Shown here: positions 1-23,157 of the stretch, in pieces
Layout: each line of letters begins with the position of its first letter
How positions within the stretch are numbered: the stretch's first letter is position 1
Assembly (NCBI RefSeq): GCF_018350175.1
Contig: NC_058369.1
Coordinates: 4,900,001 to 4,964,000, forward strand
Length of the DNA stretch: 64,000 nt
From: Felis catus
Lineage: Eukaryota
Reading direction: 5' to 3'
Made by a program: the position numbers and the translations under genes
The notes under the pieces: model-generated
Database searches by the model: none
Told to the model about the DNA's origin: nothing
The model's input: only the letters and a program-made list of their open reading frames with translations

Positions 1-1866
1 AAGGATTTGAAGAACAAATATTGTTAAAAGGTTGATACTACCTAAAGCAATGTACACATTCAGTGCAATCTCAATGAAAATAGCACCAGCATTCTTCACA
101 GAGCTAGAACAAACAATCCTAAATTTTTTATGAAACCACAAAAGACTCTGAATAGCCAAAGTAACGTTGAAAAAGAAAACCAGGGGCACCTGGGTGTCTC
201 AGTTCAGTTAAGCTTTTGACTTCAGCTCAGGTCATGATCTCGTGGTCTGTGAGTTCGAGCCCCACATTGGTCTCTGTGCTGACACCTCAGAGCCTGGAGC
301 CTGTTTCAGATTCTGTGTCTCCCTCTCTCTCTGACCCTCCCCCGTTCATGCTCTCTCTCTCTCTGTCTCAAAAATAAATAAACGTTAAAAAAAAAAAAAG
401 AAAACCAATGGCAGAGGCATCACCATCCTGGATTTTAGCCTATATTACAAAGCTGTAATCATCAAGACAGTATGGTATTGACACAAAAGCAGACACATAG
501 ACCAGTGGAATAGAACAGAGAATCCAGAAATTGACGCACAAATGTATGGCCAACTAATCTTCAACAAAGCAGGAAAGAGTATCCAATGGAAAAAAGACAG
601 TCTCTTTAGCAAATGGTGCTGGGAGAACTGGACAGCAACATGCAGAAGAATGAACCTGGACCACTTTCTTACACCATACACAAAAATAAATTGAAAATGG
701 ATGAAAGACCTAAATACGAGACAGGAAACCATAAAGATCCTACAGGAGAAAACAGGCAACAACCTCTTTGTCTTCACCCGCAGGAACTTCTTACTTAACA
801 TGTCTCTGAAGGCAAGGGAAATAAAGGAAAAATGAACTGTTTGGGACCTCATCAGGATAAAAAGTTCCTGCATAACATAAGAAACAATCGACAAAACTAA
901 AAGGCAACTGACGGACTGGGAGAAGATATTTGTAAATGACACATCAGATAGTGGGTTAGTATCTGAAATCTATAAAGAACTTACCAAACTCAACATCCCC
1001 AAAACAAGTAATCCAGTGAAGAAATGGGCAGAAGACATAAATAGACACTTTTCCAAAGAAGACATACAGATGGCAAACAGACACATGGAAAGGTGCTCAA
1101 CATCGCTCATCATCAGGGAAATACAAATCAAAACCACATTGAGATACCACCTCACATGGGTCAGAGTGGTTAACATTAACAACTTAGGAAACAACAGATG
1201 TTGTAGAGGATGTGAAGAAAGGGGAACCCTCTTGCAGTGTTGGTGGGGATGCAAACTCTGGAAAACAGTGTGGAAATTCCTCAAAAAATTAGAAATAGAA
1301 TTACCCTACCTGAGCAATAGCACTACTAGGAATTTATCTAAAGGATAAAGAGTGCTGATTCATAGGGGCACTTGTACCCCAATGTTTATAGCAGCGCTTT
1401 CAACAATAGCCAAATTATGGAAAGAGCCCAAACACACACACACATACATACAATCGAATACTACTCATCAATGAAAAAGAATGAAATCTTGCCATTTGCA
1501 ACAATGTGGATGGAACTGGAAGGTATTATGCTAAGCAAAATAAGTCAGTCAGAGAAAGACATATATCATATGACTTCATTCATATGTGGAATTTGAGAAA
1601 CTTAACACAAGACCAAAGGGGAAAGGAAGGAAATTAAGATAGAAACAGAGAGGGAGGCAAACCATAATAGACTCTTAAATACAGAGAACAGACTGGGGAT
1701 TTATGGGGGCAGGGCTAGGAGGGGGGAGGAATTGGGTGATGGGCATTGAGGAAGGTACTTTGGGGATGACAACGAGGGATTGTATGTAAGTGATGAATTA
1801 TGGGAATCTATTCCTGAAGCCAAGATTACACTGTATATTAGCTAATTTGACAATAGGGAAAAAAAA
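1..1866 (+). mobile_element. LINE-1 3' portion (ORF2 end, 3'UTR, A-tail), degenerate
   Basis: ORF2 C-terminal fragments ([40 protein letters not shown]) and an A-tail at ~1858. Confidence 0.9.
183..397 (+). mobile_element. CanSINE (SINEC_Fc-like) inserted in the L1
   Basis: ggggcacctgggtg head, (CT)n and A-tail; target-site duplication aaaagaaaacca. Confidence 0.9.
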
Positions 1867-3653
1867 GAAGTTACATAAGGCTGGGGGAGAAAACATCTGA
1901 GCATGTGTAAGCCATATCCCATTGGATACTTTTGTCTAGTTTTCCTCTTTGAGAAAGAAAGTCTGTAGGTCACTGGAGCAGAAGGCAGCAAGCCTAGATT
2001 AGAATAATTTTCACAGACTGAAGATACAGCTCTTTGCTCATGTGTGTAGGGAATCTTTTTGTCTTTTTTTGGGGGGTGGTGGTGGAGGGAGTGCTAGCCT
2101 TCCAGCTAAAATAATACAAAAATATGTGTCCCCTTTGGCAATGTCTGCCTTTAAGAGGTGACTGCATATTTCTAAGCCAAAAAGTAAAAAACTAAAAAAT
2201 AAAAATATAGGTGTGCACGAAAGGTATGTGTTACCATATAAGGATCCATACCTGCTGTCATACAGGCTACATAAAAATTGATTCGGAGGAAATTTTCCCT
2301 TGGCTTCAATTTTGCCCTGATCTGATAGCAGAAAGAGGTTTAGAAATGGACTATCCAGGACTAAGGAGGAACTTTACAGTGGAGAGACCCAGCAGACAGC
2401 GCCTTAATCACGTGATCAAGACTCACAGCACCAACAATGGGACAAATCAATGTCTTTGGGCTCCCGACATGATGCACTGAGAATCCATAGTGTCTCTCCT
2501 GTGACAGTGCTGCCCCCAAATGCAAAACCTGGATGTCTTTACGAGGAAGCATGGAGCCAACCCAAACCGTGGGACAGCCCCCCAAATAGCCGGACGTGAA
2601 AGTCACTCAAGACGGCTGTGCTGCCAGGGGTTGAGCAGATCCAAGGACACTAAGGAGACCCCACCAGCAAATCCGACGTCTGTTCCTGCACAGATCCCTT
2701 TCCTGTAAAGGATCCAAGCCAAACCAGACCAGACCAGACCAGACCAAAGGGAAACCACTGGCCAGCCTGAACGGGGCTGGAGGTTTTGGTGGTGGTAACA
2801 AGTCAACATTAACGTCCTCATTCTGATGCCTGTGCTGTGGTTTTGTGGGAGAATATCTTTGCTTCTAGAAATTCCACACGGAGCTAATTAGGGGCCTCAA
2901 TGGTGCGGCCTCAAATGATTCAGAGGGATAAAAGGTTTTTATGCCCATTTCTCCTTTTTCTGCTTGAGTCTAAAGATGTTTTAAAAAAATGATTATGTTT
3001 GCTTGGATCGGGCAGCCTGCCGCTTATGGCGTTTCCCCATCTTCCTTAGTTTTTAAGCAAAGGGGTTCTGTTTCGTGACTTTTCATCCTGTGATTGATAA
3101 GATAACTTCCCTCGGTTTCAAGAGCCGCTCACACTGGCCCTTGTTCTCAGAGCCCAATTTGGACGACACAGTTTCATGTCCCCCATGAAAACGATGGGAT
3201 GTGCAAAAGAAGTGTTCAAAGGGCCAGTGAGAAGGGTCAGCGCAGCAAGCACCACTCTGCACACAGGGGTTAAAAAGAGCAATCTGGACAGGGCGGGCTG
3301 AGAGGGAATCTGCCAGGGGGACCCTCACGACAGGGGCCATGCTGCCCGTGGTGCGGGGGGCTCTCTGTGGGCTTGGTTTCCACTGCACCCATCCTAGCAG
3401 AAAGGCCTTTCTCTACCTAAGACACATCAAAAAGCATTTTTAAAAAGCAGACATCAGGCCTCACTGGGCTCAAAGGCTCTGAGCAAACGGCAGGTAGGAT
3501 TCCCACCAGTTCTGTCAGGGCCGCCTTGTGGTGGGGACCACTCTGGTTCTGCTTTCAATGGGCTTCTTGGAAGAGAAATTTCTCTTGGCTTAACATTTAT
3601 TTGGCCTGAGATGTAAAGTTTCAAGTGTGCACGTGCTTTGTCTTATCCAGAAC

Positions 3654-3740
3654 TGAATGAATGAATGAGTGAATGAATGAATGAGTGAATTAATGAATGA
3701 GTGAGTGAATGAATAAGGGAGGGAGGGAATGAATGAATGA
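3654..3740 (+). repeat. (GAAT)n microsatellite
   Basis: Directly visible. Confidence 0.85.
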
Positions 3741-3834
3741 AAACAAATCAACGATGTTGTTAGGCATTGAGTTAGGCACCTCTTTGGAAAGCAACATAAA
3801 TGAGTTTTCTTTGGTAAAGGCAGGCTAAAAACTC

Positions 3835-4720
3835 ATCTCAGACAGAAACAACTTCCCCCCTTAGACAGTCCCTCCTTCCTCCACAGAAGGGTACACATGC
3901 CCCTCTCAGACAGGTGGACCCTCTCCCCTTAGATAGGCCCTCCCCTTCAGACAGGCTCTCCTCTCCGCTCAGACAGAGGCATCCTTCCTCCCAGACTGGC
4001 CCCTTCCCTTCTCACATAGGTCCTCCTTCCCCAGACAGGTCCTGCCCCCTCAGACCAAGCCCTCCCCCATCAGACTGGTCCTCCCTCCTCTAGCAAGCCC
4101 CCTCCCCCCCACTCTGGCTGGGTCTCCTCCCTCTGACAGGGCCTCCCCACCCAGACAGGTCCTATCCTCTCCCACCAGGCCCTCCTCCATCAGACCAGGC
4201 CTCCCCTCCTTAACAGAGCATCCCCACTCTAGCTGGGCCTCCTCCCTCAGACCACAACCTTCCCCATCAGACCAGGTCTCCCCTCTCTCACTGAGCCTCC
4301 CAACTCTGGCTGAACGTATTCCCCCCCTACTGGGCCTTCCCGCTCAGACAGGTCCTACCCCCTCAGACCAGGCCCTCCCCGCCTCTGACCAAGCCTCCCC
4401 AGTCTGGCTAGCCTCTCCCCTCACACCGGGCCCTCCCCCTTCTGATCCAGCCACTCCACTCTAGCTGGCCTCCTCCCTCAAACCAGGCCCTCCCCCCTCT
4501 CACAGAGCCTGCCCCTTAGACCAGCCCCTCCACCCTCAGAACAGGCCCTCCACCCTCTGACCAAGCCTCCCCACTCTGGTTGGCGTCTGCCCTCAAACCA
4601 GGCCCTCCCCCCTCTAACCCAGCCTCCTTACTCTGGCCAGCCTCCTAGTTTAGGCCAGCCCTTCCTCCATCAAACCAGGCCCTCCCCCTCTGACCCAGCC
4701 TCCCCACTCTGGCCAGCCCA
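3835..4720. repeat. Degenerate C-rich minisatellite in C3-A intron 17
   Basis: Recurrent cagaccaggccctccccc / ccccactctggc units. Confidence 0.8.
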
Positions 4721-4737
4721 CAGGCAAGTGGACTCAC

Positions 4738-13472
<8,735 letters not shown>

Positions 13473-13548
13473 GGTGCAGGGACGGTGGAGGGACAGAGGG
13501 AGGGAGGAAGCGGACTGGGAGGGAATGAGCAGAGGCTGCTGGAGGCTG

Positions 13549-13766
13549 CTTTTTATCTGGCTCCCGCCTCCCCCCTGCAACCTCAGCCCAGCCCGCAGCT
13601 CCCATGGCTTCCCCCTTCCTGGAGCTGCCCCAGATTTCTCAATACCATTTCCTAAGTTTTCGATCCCTGGGGCCAGTGTGTCCTGGGGTAACTAACCCAA
13701 GGGCATGTCCTCCAGCAAGATGGACACACCTTCCCCCTGCCGAGGTCTCCCTCAGGGTCAAGGTCA
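13549..13766 (-). promoter_or_regulatory. C3-A proximal promoter: GATAAAA TATA-like box, paired C/EBP sites, nuclear-receptor half-sites
   Basis: Minus strand GATAAAAAG at ~13549-13557; TTGAGAAAT (13634-13642) and TTAGGAAAT (13647-13655), resembling the cytokine-responsive C/EBP module of mammalian C3 promoters; IR1-like GGGTAAcTAACCC at 13686-13698; GGGTCAAGGTCA at 13755-13766. Confidence 0.7.
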
Positions 13767-15984
13767 GGTGGTAAACAGGGACCTTTCCCTGTTGCACCTA
13801 CTTAGCGGTGGAGGAACACTGAGGGCCAGAGAGCTCCCCACCCCAGGTATCTGGGCCTGGCGCCCAGTCAGTTTCTGGCCATGCGTTTGTTAACCAATGC
13901 CTTCCTATGGGTCTATCTCTATGCTGGTGGCTGGAGTCCCTCTTCTATGCTGGGGTCAGACTGAGGGATCAGGTCCAGCACAGACACTCCTGGCCCCACG
14001 GTGTGTCTTCCCAGTGGAGAAGAACCCTGCTTTGTAGAGGGTCAGGTAAAAATTCTCAGAGGAGGGGACATTTCAGCAGGGTTTTGCTGTATGTGTAGAA
14101 GTTCACTCTCTCAGTGAGCATATATTTTAATACAAGTGGAACCTGGAGCTCCCTTCATGTACCCTTGTCAGGATGCCTGAGAGACTATAATGGTTAAAAA
14201 GAAAAACTTTCCTCAGCAGTGAGGCAATTTCCCATTGCTACCTTTTTTTATTCTGTCTTAACATTACAATATTATCATTAATATTCTTAATTACTATTAT
14301 GCCATCTGTATTTAATTTTTTATGAATAGCTAATATCTTCATATGGTTCAACACCTAAAGGGTCCACGTAGATGTACAGGGAAAAGGCAATTTGCCTCCT
14401 GTTCCCGTTCCCAACCATTCAGGTCTCAGATGCCACAGTGAAACCAAATCCCTGGTTTCCTTCCAGAGATATGCATTTATGAATGCTCGCAAGTTTTAAA
14501 AACAAATTACCAGTCTTCTCTGCCTGCTATTCTTCCTGGTCTCCCTGGGTTATGCTTTGCCTTTTTCGTAAACAGTATCCCTCAGAGATCATTTAATATC
14601 AGTGCCCAGAGAGCTTCCTTGGTGTTAGAGGCAACTGCCTCCTTCTACGTTGTGTGAAAGCGACCAGCCTCTTCCGCGTGGACAGGCTTCCCTGGATACA
14701 GTGAGTGGTCTTGACCTGCATCACTTTCCAGCTCTGACACTTAGAGGTATACTTTGGTGCTTGATTAATAGCCACACTGAGCCTCAGTTTCCCCTGTCAG
14801 ATGAAGTTGTAATAGCACTCACGTCACAGTTGTCATTGCCATGAAAGGACATGACCCTGGACCAAGAGCTACTTGCATTAATAATCCCGCAAGATATGGC
14901 TGTATTTCCCTCCGTGATTGTATTGATTTACATACTTTCTGGCCTTGCAGGAAATTGCTGGATTTCCCCACTGTCTCACCACGACAGCATGTTGGCAAAG
15001 CTTTGCGTTTCTGCCTCAGTGTCATTTGATGTGTGCCTGTTGGATTCCCAGCAAGGTTGTGCATCTGGGGGAAGGGGTGTGTGAAGTCCAGGGCACAGGA
15101 GGCAACAGGTATGTGGGTGGGGGATCCTGATCTCTGAAGGCCTGGTTTCCAAAGTCCCAAGGAAGGGGTTAATGGGGAACCCAGCTCTGATTTCCTGGAA
15201 TCCATGTGCCTTTCCTGGCCTAGGCTGCATGCCTAGAGTTGGGGGAGGTGTGCAGACACAGAACAAACCTGGACCCTGTCTGCTTGATTGCGTCACCCCT
15301 TCTTTGGGAGAGGGAGGGTGCAAGCACCTGCTTACTACCCAGAACTGAGATTCAACTTCTGAAACAGGGGTTGGGGTACCTCCTAGGATCCCCCAAATCT
15401 CAATTACTCCCATTTTCCTCCCCCACCCCATTTCCTGGTTGCATTATAGCCCTAAACATTCAGGGTTTCTGCTTTGACTGTCTTGGGAAGGTATTCCTGC
15501 TGGCCTGTACCTCCCAGCAAGGCTTCGTTCTGGCTTTCTCAGAGCCTCAGTTAATCCATCTGAACAATGGGATTGATGATAGCTGCTGCTGTTTTGACAA
15601 AGGTGCTGAGATGCTTCAGAGCGCTGGGCTTGGAGGGAAGGTTCACGCCTATGGTGGTGGAGGTCTGCGGAGAGTCCTGGCCCCAACCTCCAGGAAGTGA
15701 CCAGAGGGGTGAAGGCAGAAGCAGAGGTGGGCCTGGGAGAAGGAAGGGATTCTTGGAAGCTTCATCCTGGGGAATGTGCATTTGTGCCCAGAAGTGTGGG
15801 AGAGGGATGGCAGGCAAGATAAGCCAGCAGGGGAGAGAGAGGAGGAGGCCTGGAGGATGGGATTCCCCTGTTAGCTGGCTTGACCTGCCCAACATTCCAG
15901 GTTGGACAGTCGGAGGGCCAGGCTGCCTGGGTTGAGGCTAAGTGGGGTCTCTGGAAGGCACTTAACCCTAACACAGTATTGGCT

Positions 15985-16760
15985 ATGTGTCCCCGATTCC
16001 AGTTGAACTGGTGTCCTGAGTTTCGTCTGGCACCCCAGCTGGAGGAAGGAGAAGAAGGGGAAGGAAGGGGGAGGCTTTCTGGGTGGGGGGAGCCCAGGTA
16101 CCCCTCTCCCCCAACCCCCTTGAGTGCAGTGATTTCCCTGCTGCACCCCCCACCCTTACCCTTGAGTCGGTGCCAGGCTCGGGAACAGCAGGGACTGCCC
16201 CTCCCCTCCTGGCCCCCCACTTCCAGGATGGGGTCCTTGCTACACTGCTTTCTGAGATTTTCCCCCCATGACCCACAGCCAGGGCACCTCCCCCACCATG
16301 CAGCCCAGGCCTCCCCTTCTCCCCCTACTCATTACTCATTAACTGGAAGGTAAACTTGGCCCGGCTGGATCTGATCTGCCCCATGGCTGCTTCCCCCGCT
16401 CCCCCGCACCCCTGACTCAAGCTCAGGAGAGGCCTGAGCATCAGGGACCCCCACCCTGGAGGGTGCAGGGGCAGGCTGGACATTCACAGCCATGAATGTC
16501 CCTCTGAGCATTGGGTGACAAGCCAGTGGCATGGGGCAGGCAGAGGCTCAGCCTGGTGCCCCGCACGTGGTGAGGCCCCACTGCACATGGACTGTATGTT
16601 TATTGTTTCCAACACCTCCTTCTCTTCCTCACCTTGTTTCGCTGACAGCCCTGCCCGTCCTCCAAGCCGTCCCCCATCGTCCTCCCTCTCCCCTGCACTC
16701 ACTGTCCCAGTCCATCTGTCTGTTGTCTGCACCCCTGTGGTCTGTGGCCTCTCTGCTGCA
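15985..16760 (+). repeat. Local duplicated segment, copy 1 (uninterrupted)
   Basis: Colinear with 28060-28202 plus 37735-38395, e.g. gggaacagcagggactgcccctcccctcctggccccccacttccaggatggggtccttgctacactgctttctgagatttt occurs in both. Confidence 0.88.
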
Positions 16761-17049
16761 GAATCACTCCTTTCGACTCATCTACTCTACAGCAACTGGG
16801 GACTTTGTGTAAAAACACAGCTTTGTGACCCTGCAAAATTATGGTGTAGAATACGTGAATGCACGCTAGTGAGTTGGTCTCCATGAGACTCAGACGCAGC
16901 ACTTTATTTCATGAAACTTGTTTCTTCTGCATCCCTGGTTTGCAGACCAAGAGACTGAGGGCTTTGAACACTTGCCCAAGATCCTCTAGGTGGGAGGAGC
17001 TGGGATTTGAACCCAGGCAGCCGGGGTCCAGACTTCAGGCTCCTAAGCT

Positions 17050-17490
17050 GTAGGAGTCTCTGACTGCTGTTGTAACAAATGACCACACACTTGGTGGCTT
17101 AAAATAATACCTATGTATTATCTTACAGGGCTGGAGGGCTGAAGTCTGAAATCAAGGTGTGGGCAGGGCTGTGTTCCTTAGGGAGGCTCCAACGGGGGGA
17201 ACTGGGAATCCACTTCCTGCCCTTTTGGGCTTCTAGAGCCCATTGCACCCCTTGGCTCAGGGGGCCAGTGAAACCTCACAGCACATCCCTTATACGTGTT
17301 TCCTTGTGGCTCTCCTTGTCTGACTGGGACCCTGATGCATCCCTCTCATAAGGACCCTGGTGATGACATTGGGTCATCCAGGGTCACTTCCCATCTCAGT
17401 CACATCTGCAAAGTGCCCTTTGCCGCTTCATGTGACATCCTCGCAGGTTCTGGGGATCAGGACGGGGACTTCTTTGGGAGCCTGGATTCT
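17050..17490. mobile_element. MaLR LTR (MLT1-like)
   Basis: gctgttgtaacaaatgaccacacacttggtggcttaaaa...aagtctgaaatcaaggtg. Confidence 0.65.
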
Positions 17491-20400
17491 GCGCACCCCT
17501 GCACGCACATGGAGTAAAGCACCGACTTCGATGGTCACGTCCTTCCCTGCTGTAACCTTCTTGGCTCCCACAGGCATTAGCACGAAGTCCAACTGTTGTC
17601 TTGAGGCTTCTGCCAGCTGCTCCCCCACCCTCCCTGCCCCCCCTCTCGGCCTCAGCCAGCCCTGCAGGGGGACTGGCAGGCTATTCTGGGCTTCTCCGCT
17701 TGCTCACATATCTTGCTCAGTCTGCAGTGGCTCCTCACTTCCTTGTCTGGCTGGGCTATTTATTCATCTGGGCCCCATTATACTTGTTTCTGTTTGCAGG
17801 AAGCCTTGACCCCTTCCTGATTCTCTACCCATCATTCCATGCCTGTGGCCCCCACTGAGAACTGTCTGCTGAGCTCCAAAAGGGGCTGTGGGCACTCTGG
17901 CTGAAAGGGGGTTTGGGACAGGGGAGACAATGACATCTCTGGAGCTGCCCACGTGGGTGCACAGGTGCAGTGCCCTCTTCAAGGTTCAGGGCAGCCCACG
18001 AAAGGTTAGGCTGTGCTGAGCCACTCACACCATTATCACATGTGTGATACTCAGTGGCTTCAGGGGACCTCAGTTTACATGTTAGGATACAGAGGTGAAA
18101 CTGCATACCCAACATCCGGAGTGGGGAGAAGTTGGAAGTTGGTCACAGGGAGCCGAGGTGCAGAGGGGCAGTGGACATGATGAGGGAGCATAAGGCTAGT
18201 GGAGGGCAAAGTACAAGCTAGAACACCTACATACATCCCAGGTGGGATATGTGTGACATTCTTTGGACACTCCTGGCTGCCCACGAACCAATGAATGAAA
18301 ACTAAAGGCTGACTGATAGAGATCACAGTCATGCAGTAAAGGAGTCTTCTTCAGTTTACAGATAATTTAGTAAACTGCAAGAAAAAGTCAATCTTATCCA
18401 TAGCCTAATCTCTAGAAACCTATAGACTCCATTTCCTGGAGCCCTAATATCACCCTCATCAAGATGTAAGGGCATTTAAGTGCTTGCCATGGTGATGTGG
18501 GAAACAAAGAGAAATGAAAAATTAAATTCCCTTACTGCCTACAGTCCATTGGTAAGTCCTTGAAACCGGCAGAGTGACCTCCCTCTAGGAGCTCAGCTGC
18601 CTTGATAGTGACACTTTGCTAAGGGCAAAAGGGTATCTTGGCTTAACCTTATCCTGAACCCCCAGGTTCCTGTAAGTCTTCTTAAACACATAAAAATTAA
18701 TTTGCAAACCTCCTTTATCTTGAACCCCCAAGTATATATAGGCAATTTTACTCCAAGCATTTGGCCCTCAATATACATCTGAAGGGTCTCTTGACTGACG
18801 TTTTACTAAATGGTAATAAATGAATTTTCTGAACAGCAGCTAGCCCCTCAATTTTGGCTTCCAAAATTCCTTAGAGACTTATGCTGTCCCTAACCCTCTC
18901 CCAATCTGAAGGTATATAATTCTGTCACTGTTCACAATCCCAGTGCAGCTCTTTCTGTCCACGGTTCCTGTCCCTGTGTTTTAGTAAAATCACATTTTCT
19001 TTTTGCACCGAAGACGTCTTCAAGAATTCTTTTTTGGCCATTGGCTCCAAACCCCCACCACAACTCCAACATACCATCATTTGGTGCCCATTGTGGGGCT
19101 TCGAGTCTTTTCATCTGGACTCTGAGCTGGTGTAACCTTGATGAGTACTTTCTCTCTTCTTTTCTCTCATTTCAGGGGCTTTTCGAGAAGTATGGTCTTA
19201 CTGGAACAATTTGACGTCGATTGATCAGGTTGCAATCCTCTAGCCTGTGGCTACTCTACGGAGAGGAGAAACCTCCTTCTGGCTAATAAGACTCAGAAAC
19301 TTGATGTCCTCTCTTTATTCCTGTCCTTATACAAAGTTGTCTATCTGGGCACAGGACAGCCACCTAAGTCCCCAGGATGGGTGCAAAACTTAAGATTACA
19401 TGTGAGGTTTCCTCCTCATTGGTCTAATGTGATCCACTCCACATATCTGGTCTAGCCGCTTCTAGCCATGAGACCTCCACTGGAAGCTGGCTGAAACCAC
19501 TATGATGGAATTAAAAGCCAGTTGGGGACTGTTTCGTAGGAAATTGGCTGTAAAGACTATAAATGTTGGAATGTCCCTTAGGTCATGAAGAATTTACTGT
19601 TTTCAGTCAATGTCCTCTACGAACTAAATTACAAAATTGGGTAATGCCCCTTGTAAAAATTTTCCAGTATTTTCCATGGGCTAAAAATGGTGGTTTCTTT
19701 GCAGCCTTCTCAGCAAGGGAAACTTGGTCCATATGCCAGCACCCATTTGTAGACTAGGATATAATGGGGAATTGGGGGGACTCTAGCATCCCTCCTACAG
19801 GGGCTCTTAGCAGCTTGCCCATAACAATTTCATTGGAGGGACACCTCAGGTCACTTTGACACCTCCGGAACCTCTGACATATCTTGGGCGTGGGATGCCA
19901 AGCTGGAATTGGTGGGGATTTTCGTGGTAATGGACCTTGTATCTCTCTCTAGGAGGAACCTGGGAGCTTCTCTTCAGTCTCCAAGGACCCTCCCTTGGGA
20001 TGCCTTTTTAACCCACTGGAAACAATTTGGATTGCAAAATTTAGAAAAGGACTGATCTGCTGTGACACTGCATGGCCTTGGTAAACAGGACAATTGGACA
20101 GAGGTATCCTAGGTCCAGGCCTTCATGGCTCTAAATCAGGACCTGGACCAAAAGACCTCTTTCAGAACGTGTTTGCCCAAATGTGTTTTCCCCAACAAAC
20201 TCCCTCCTAACATACTAGATGCCTAAATAGGCCTCCTCTAAGTAAATCCAGGACACTGGAGGAAACCCAGGCCATCCCTGACAAAGGGGATGACGACTCT
20301 TTCTCTCTGTTCCTCCTCCTAATAGATGTGAAGGCTTCTCCCTCATTTATTTTTCAGGTTAATGGCTATGATAGTTGAAACCAACTGTGGTTAGTCTACC

Positions 20401-22561
20401 TCAGGACAGAGACTTTAAGGAGTATTCCCAAGCAGCAGCTGATACTCCCTTTGTTTCAGGGAAATTCCATGTTTTCTCTGGCCTGACATAGACTCCATAT
20501 TTCCACTTTGGTGGAAAACAAACAAACAAATACACATGGCGTCTGATCCTCTGTCCAAACTGACAAGGTTCAGGTTCCTTCTCTGCCTTCTGGCACCTCA
20601 CCTCTTCTGCCTTCCCCTCCCCCCCCCCCGTTTCTGCACCACCTTGAGTGAGACCTACCTAACTGGTGTCTACCCCGTCTTGGGTGCTCCCAGGCACTGT
20701 TGGCTCCTCCTGTCACCCTGAACAACAAGGAGTGAAGAGCACCCACTTGCGCCCCCCCGCCCCCACTTCAGATTCCCCCACTGGTGTCCCAGGTAAAAAC
20801 TGAAAATGGGGAACAGATTGTCTTTTAAGTGGACCCAAGTGGAACATATTTGCTTAAACTAATTTAAGTTTTTTGGTTTAATTAAGATAGACATGTCTTT
20901 AGAGTTAGCATTAAATATAAAATTTTTTCTACTTAGGTTTACTAAAGGTCAAATAAGCTCATGTTAGCTCTGTTGCAATTTTTCAGGAAAAAGGTGAGTT
21001 GAAGCGATAGTTCATTTTGTCTGGCTCAAAGTTTTCATGGGTATTTGTTAAGGTAGCTTTAAGGGTAACATGCAGCTTTAAGGTTTTGCTTGGATGATAA
21101 GCTGGATTAAATTCATGGGACATTTAGGCTTTTTCCAAATAGGTTGCAATGTTGAAGCATTAGTTTCTAAACATAGGTTCGTGTTTTTGACTTACTGCAG
21201 AAAAACTAAGGATATTTGGGTCTGTTAGAAAACATGTTTTGTGCTTAACTGATTCGTAAGTTTGCCATCTAAGGAATTCTGATGTAACAGACAGTTCACA
21301 GTTGGTTACTACTTAGTTTTCACTGGTTTCTAAGAGTTAAAATTCTATAAGTGTAGTTAAAACTGTTGGAAATAAGGAAAGAAGTTTTGTAAGCAGAAAA
21401 GTAGGAGATATGTGAGAAAGATCTAGGGAATGGAAATACATTTTTGTTGGAGGTAAAAGAAAGTAATTTTGTCCTAAATGAGACTGGTTGTTTGGAGAGA
21501 GATGGCTTGGGACAAAATCTGAATGAAAAGGAAAGATGTAGAAGGTTTGTGAAGGGAAACCTTTGGAAAGGAATTTTATGTGTGTTCAGGGTGGACTAGG
21601 GTTGAAATGAATGGATTTTAAAAGTATACTAATATAAGATTAAAATTCTGCTTTTCTCTCTGTTCAAAAGGCAAAGTTTTCTTGGATTGTTGGTCTGCTC
21701 TTGATAAGAAAATGTAAACAAAGGTTATTTTCTCTTTTGTCTACCAGGAAAACCAAAGGTTACGATTTGTCCATATCAAATCTTTGATGACATAAAGTTA
21801 AACCTTCTCCATGTTAAAGGAGCTAAGTTTTGCTAACAACTAGAGAACGCTACATAAGTGCCTTTGGAATCTCTTATTGCCACCTTGGTTAAATAAATAA
21901 TTTAAAGTTTTAAGATTTATAATGACCTGTAATCCTATTTAGGACGTGCTTTACAACTTTCTAAGGTTTTTACAAACTTTCCAAGATTTAAATTGTAAAT
22001 GAAGTCTTTTTGACCATTTAGGCCTTTTCATTTGGTATACTAAGTTACTTGGAAAGAACTGTCAAATAATGGTAAACCTTAGGTTGTATTGGGTAAATCC
22101 TATAACTGGTCAAATACATATATAATTCCTAAAGTTTTAATATGTTTTGGTAATAAGGTCATGACTTAATATTCTGATTGTTGAAGTGTTATGTGTCACA
22201 GAAATAACACAATTTCTTTGTCAAGTGCATCGTAATGAACTCTCAACATATCTTTAACAATGTCCATTTCTGAGATTTTGTCATTTATAGTTATTGTTCT
22301 GATGCTTTTACAAAATGTGTTTCTTCTTCAATGAGAGTTATAAAAAGGAGTTTTAGGGAAAATACAGGTATTTGACATCTTTAAGATTAATACTAAAATA
22401 GGTAAGAATTTCCAGAACTAAAAAGCTAATTCAAGCTGACCAAGAATTAGTAATATGGGATTAAATGAACTGAAGAAGATGGTTATAGGTTTGTAACTGT
22501 TGTTTTGAAGTATTGCTGGTTTTGTAATGTTGGCTTTTCCAGATTAAGGGAACTTTCTTTT

Positions 22562-23157
22562 TTAAAAAATATTATTTATTGTCAAATTGGTTTCCATACA
22601 ACACCCAGTGCTCATCCCAAGTGCCCTACTCAATGCCTATCACCCATTTTCCCCTCTCCCCCGCCCCCCCAACCCTCAGTTTGTTCTCTGTATTTAAGAA
22701 TCTATCATGGTTTGCCTCCCTCCCTCTCTGTTTGTAACTTTTTTCCCCTCCCCCTCCCTCATGGACTTCTGTTAAGTTTCTCAAGATCCACATATGAGTG
22801 AAAACATGGTATCTGTCCTTCTCTGACTGACTTATTTCACTCAGCATAATACCTTCCAGTTCCGTCCACATTGCTGCAAATGGCACGATTTCATTCTTTC
22901 TTATTGCCAAGTAGTATTTCATTGTATATATAAACCGCATCTTCTTTATCCATTCATCAGTCGATGGACATTTAGGCTCTTTCCATCATTTGGCTATTGT
23001 TGAAAGCGCTGCTATAAACATTGGGGTACATGTGCCCCTATGCATTACACTCCAGTATCCCTTGGGTAAATTCCTAGCAGTGCTATTGCTGGGTCGTGGG
23101 GTAGTTCTATTTTTAATTTTCTGAGGAACCTCCACACTGTTTTCCAGAGTGGCTGTG
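22562..23157 (-). mobile_element. 5'-truncated L1 inside provirus 1
   Basis: L1 3' end on the minus strand; TSD agggaactttctttt at 22547 and 23158. Confidence 0.88.

Noticed and set aside
183..260. tRNA-like A/B boxes
   Set aside because: They are heads of tRNA-derived CanSINEs, not tRNA genes.
1867..3830. C3-A exon 18
   Set aside because: No FPESWL-coding sequence was found. It probably lies beyond the window, so absence here is not evidence of truncation.
15860..15900. Possible TNFSF14 exon 3 remnant (minus strand AGGTCAAGCCAGC)
   Set aside because: The match is too short and lacks convincing splice sites.
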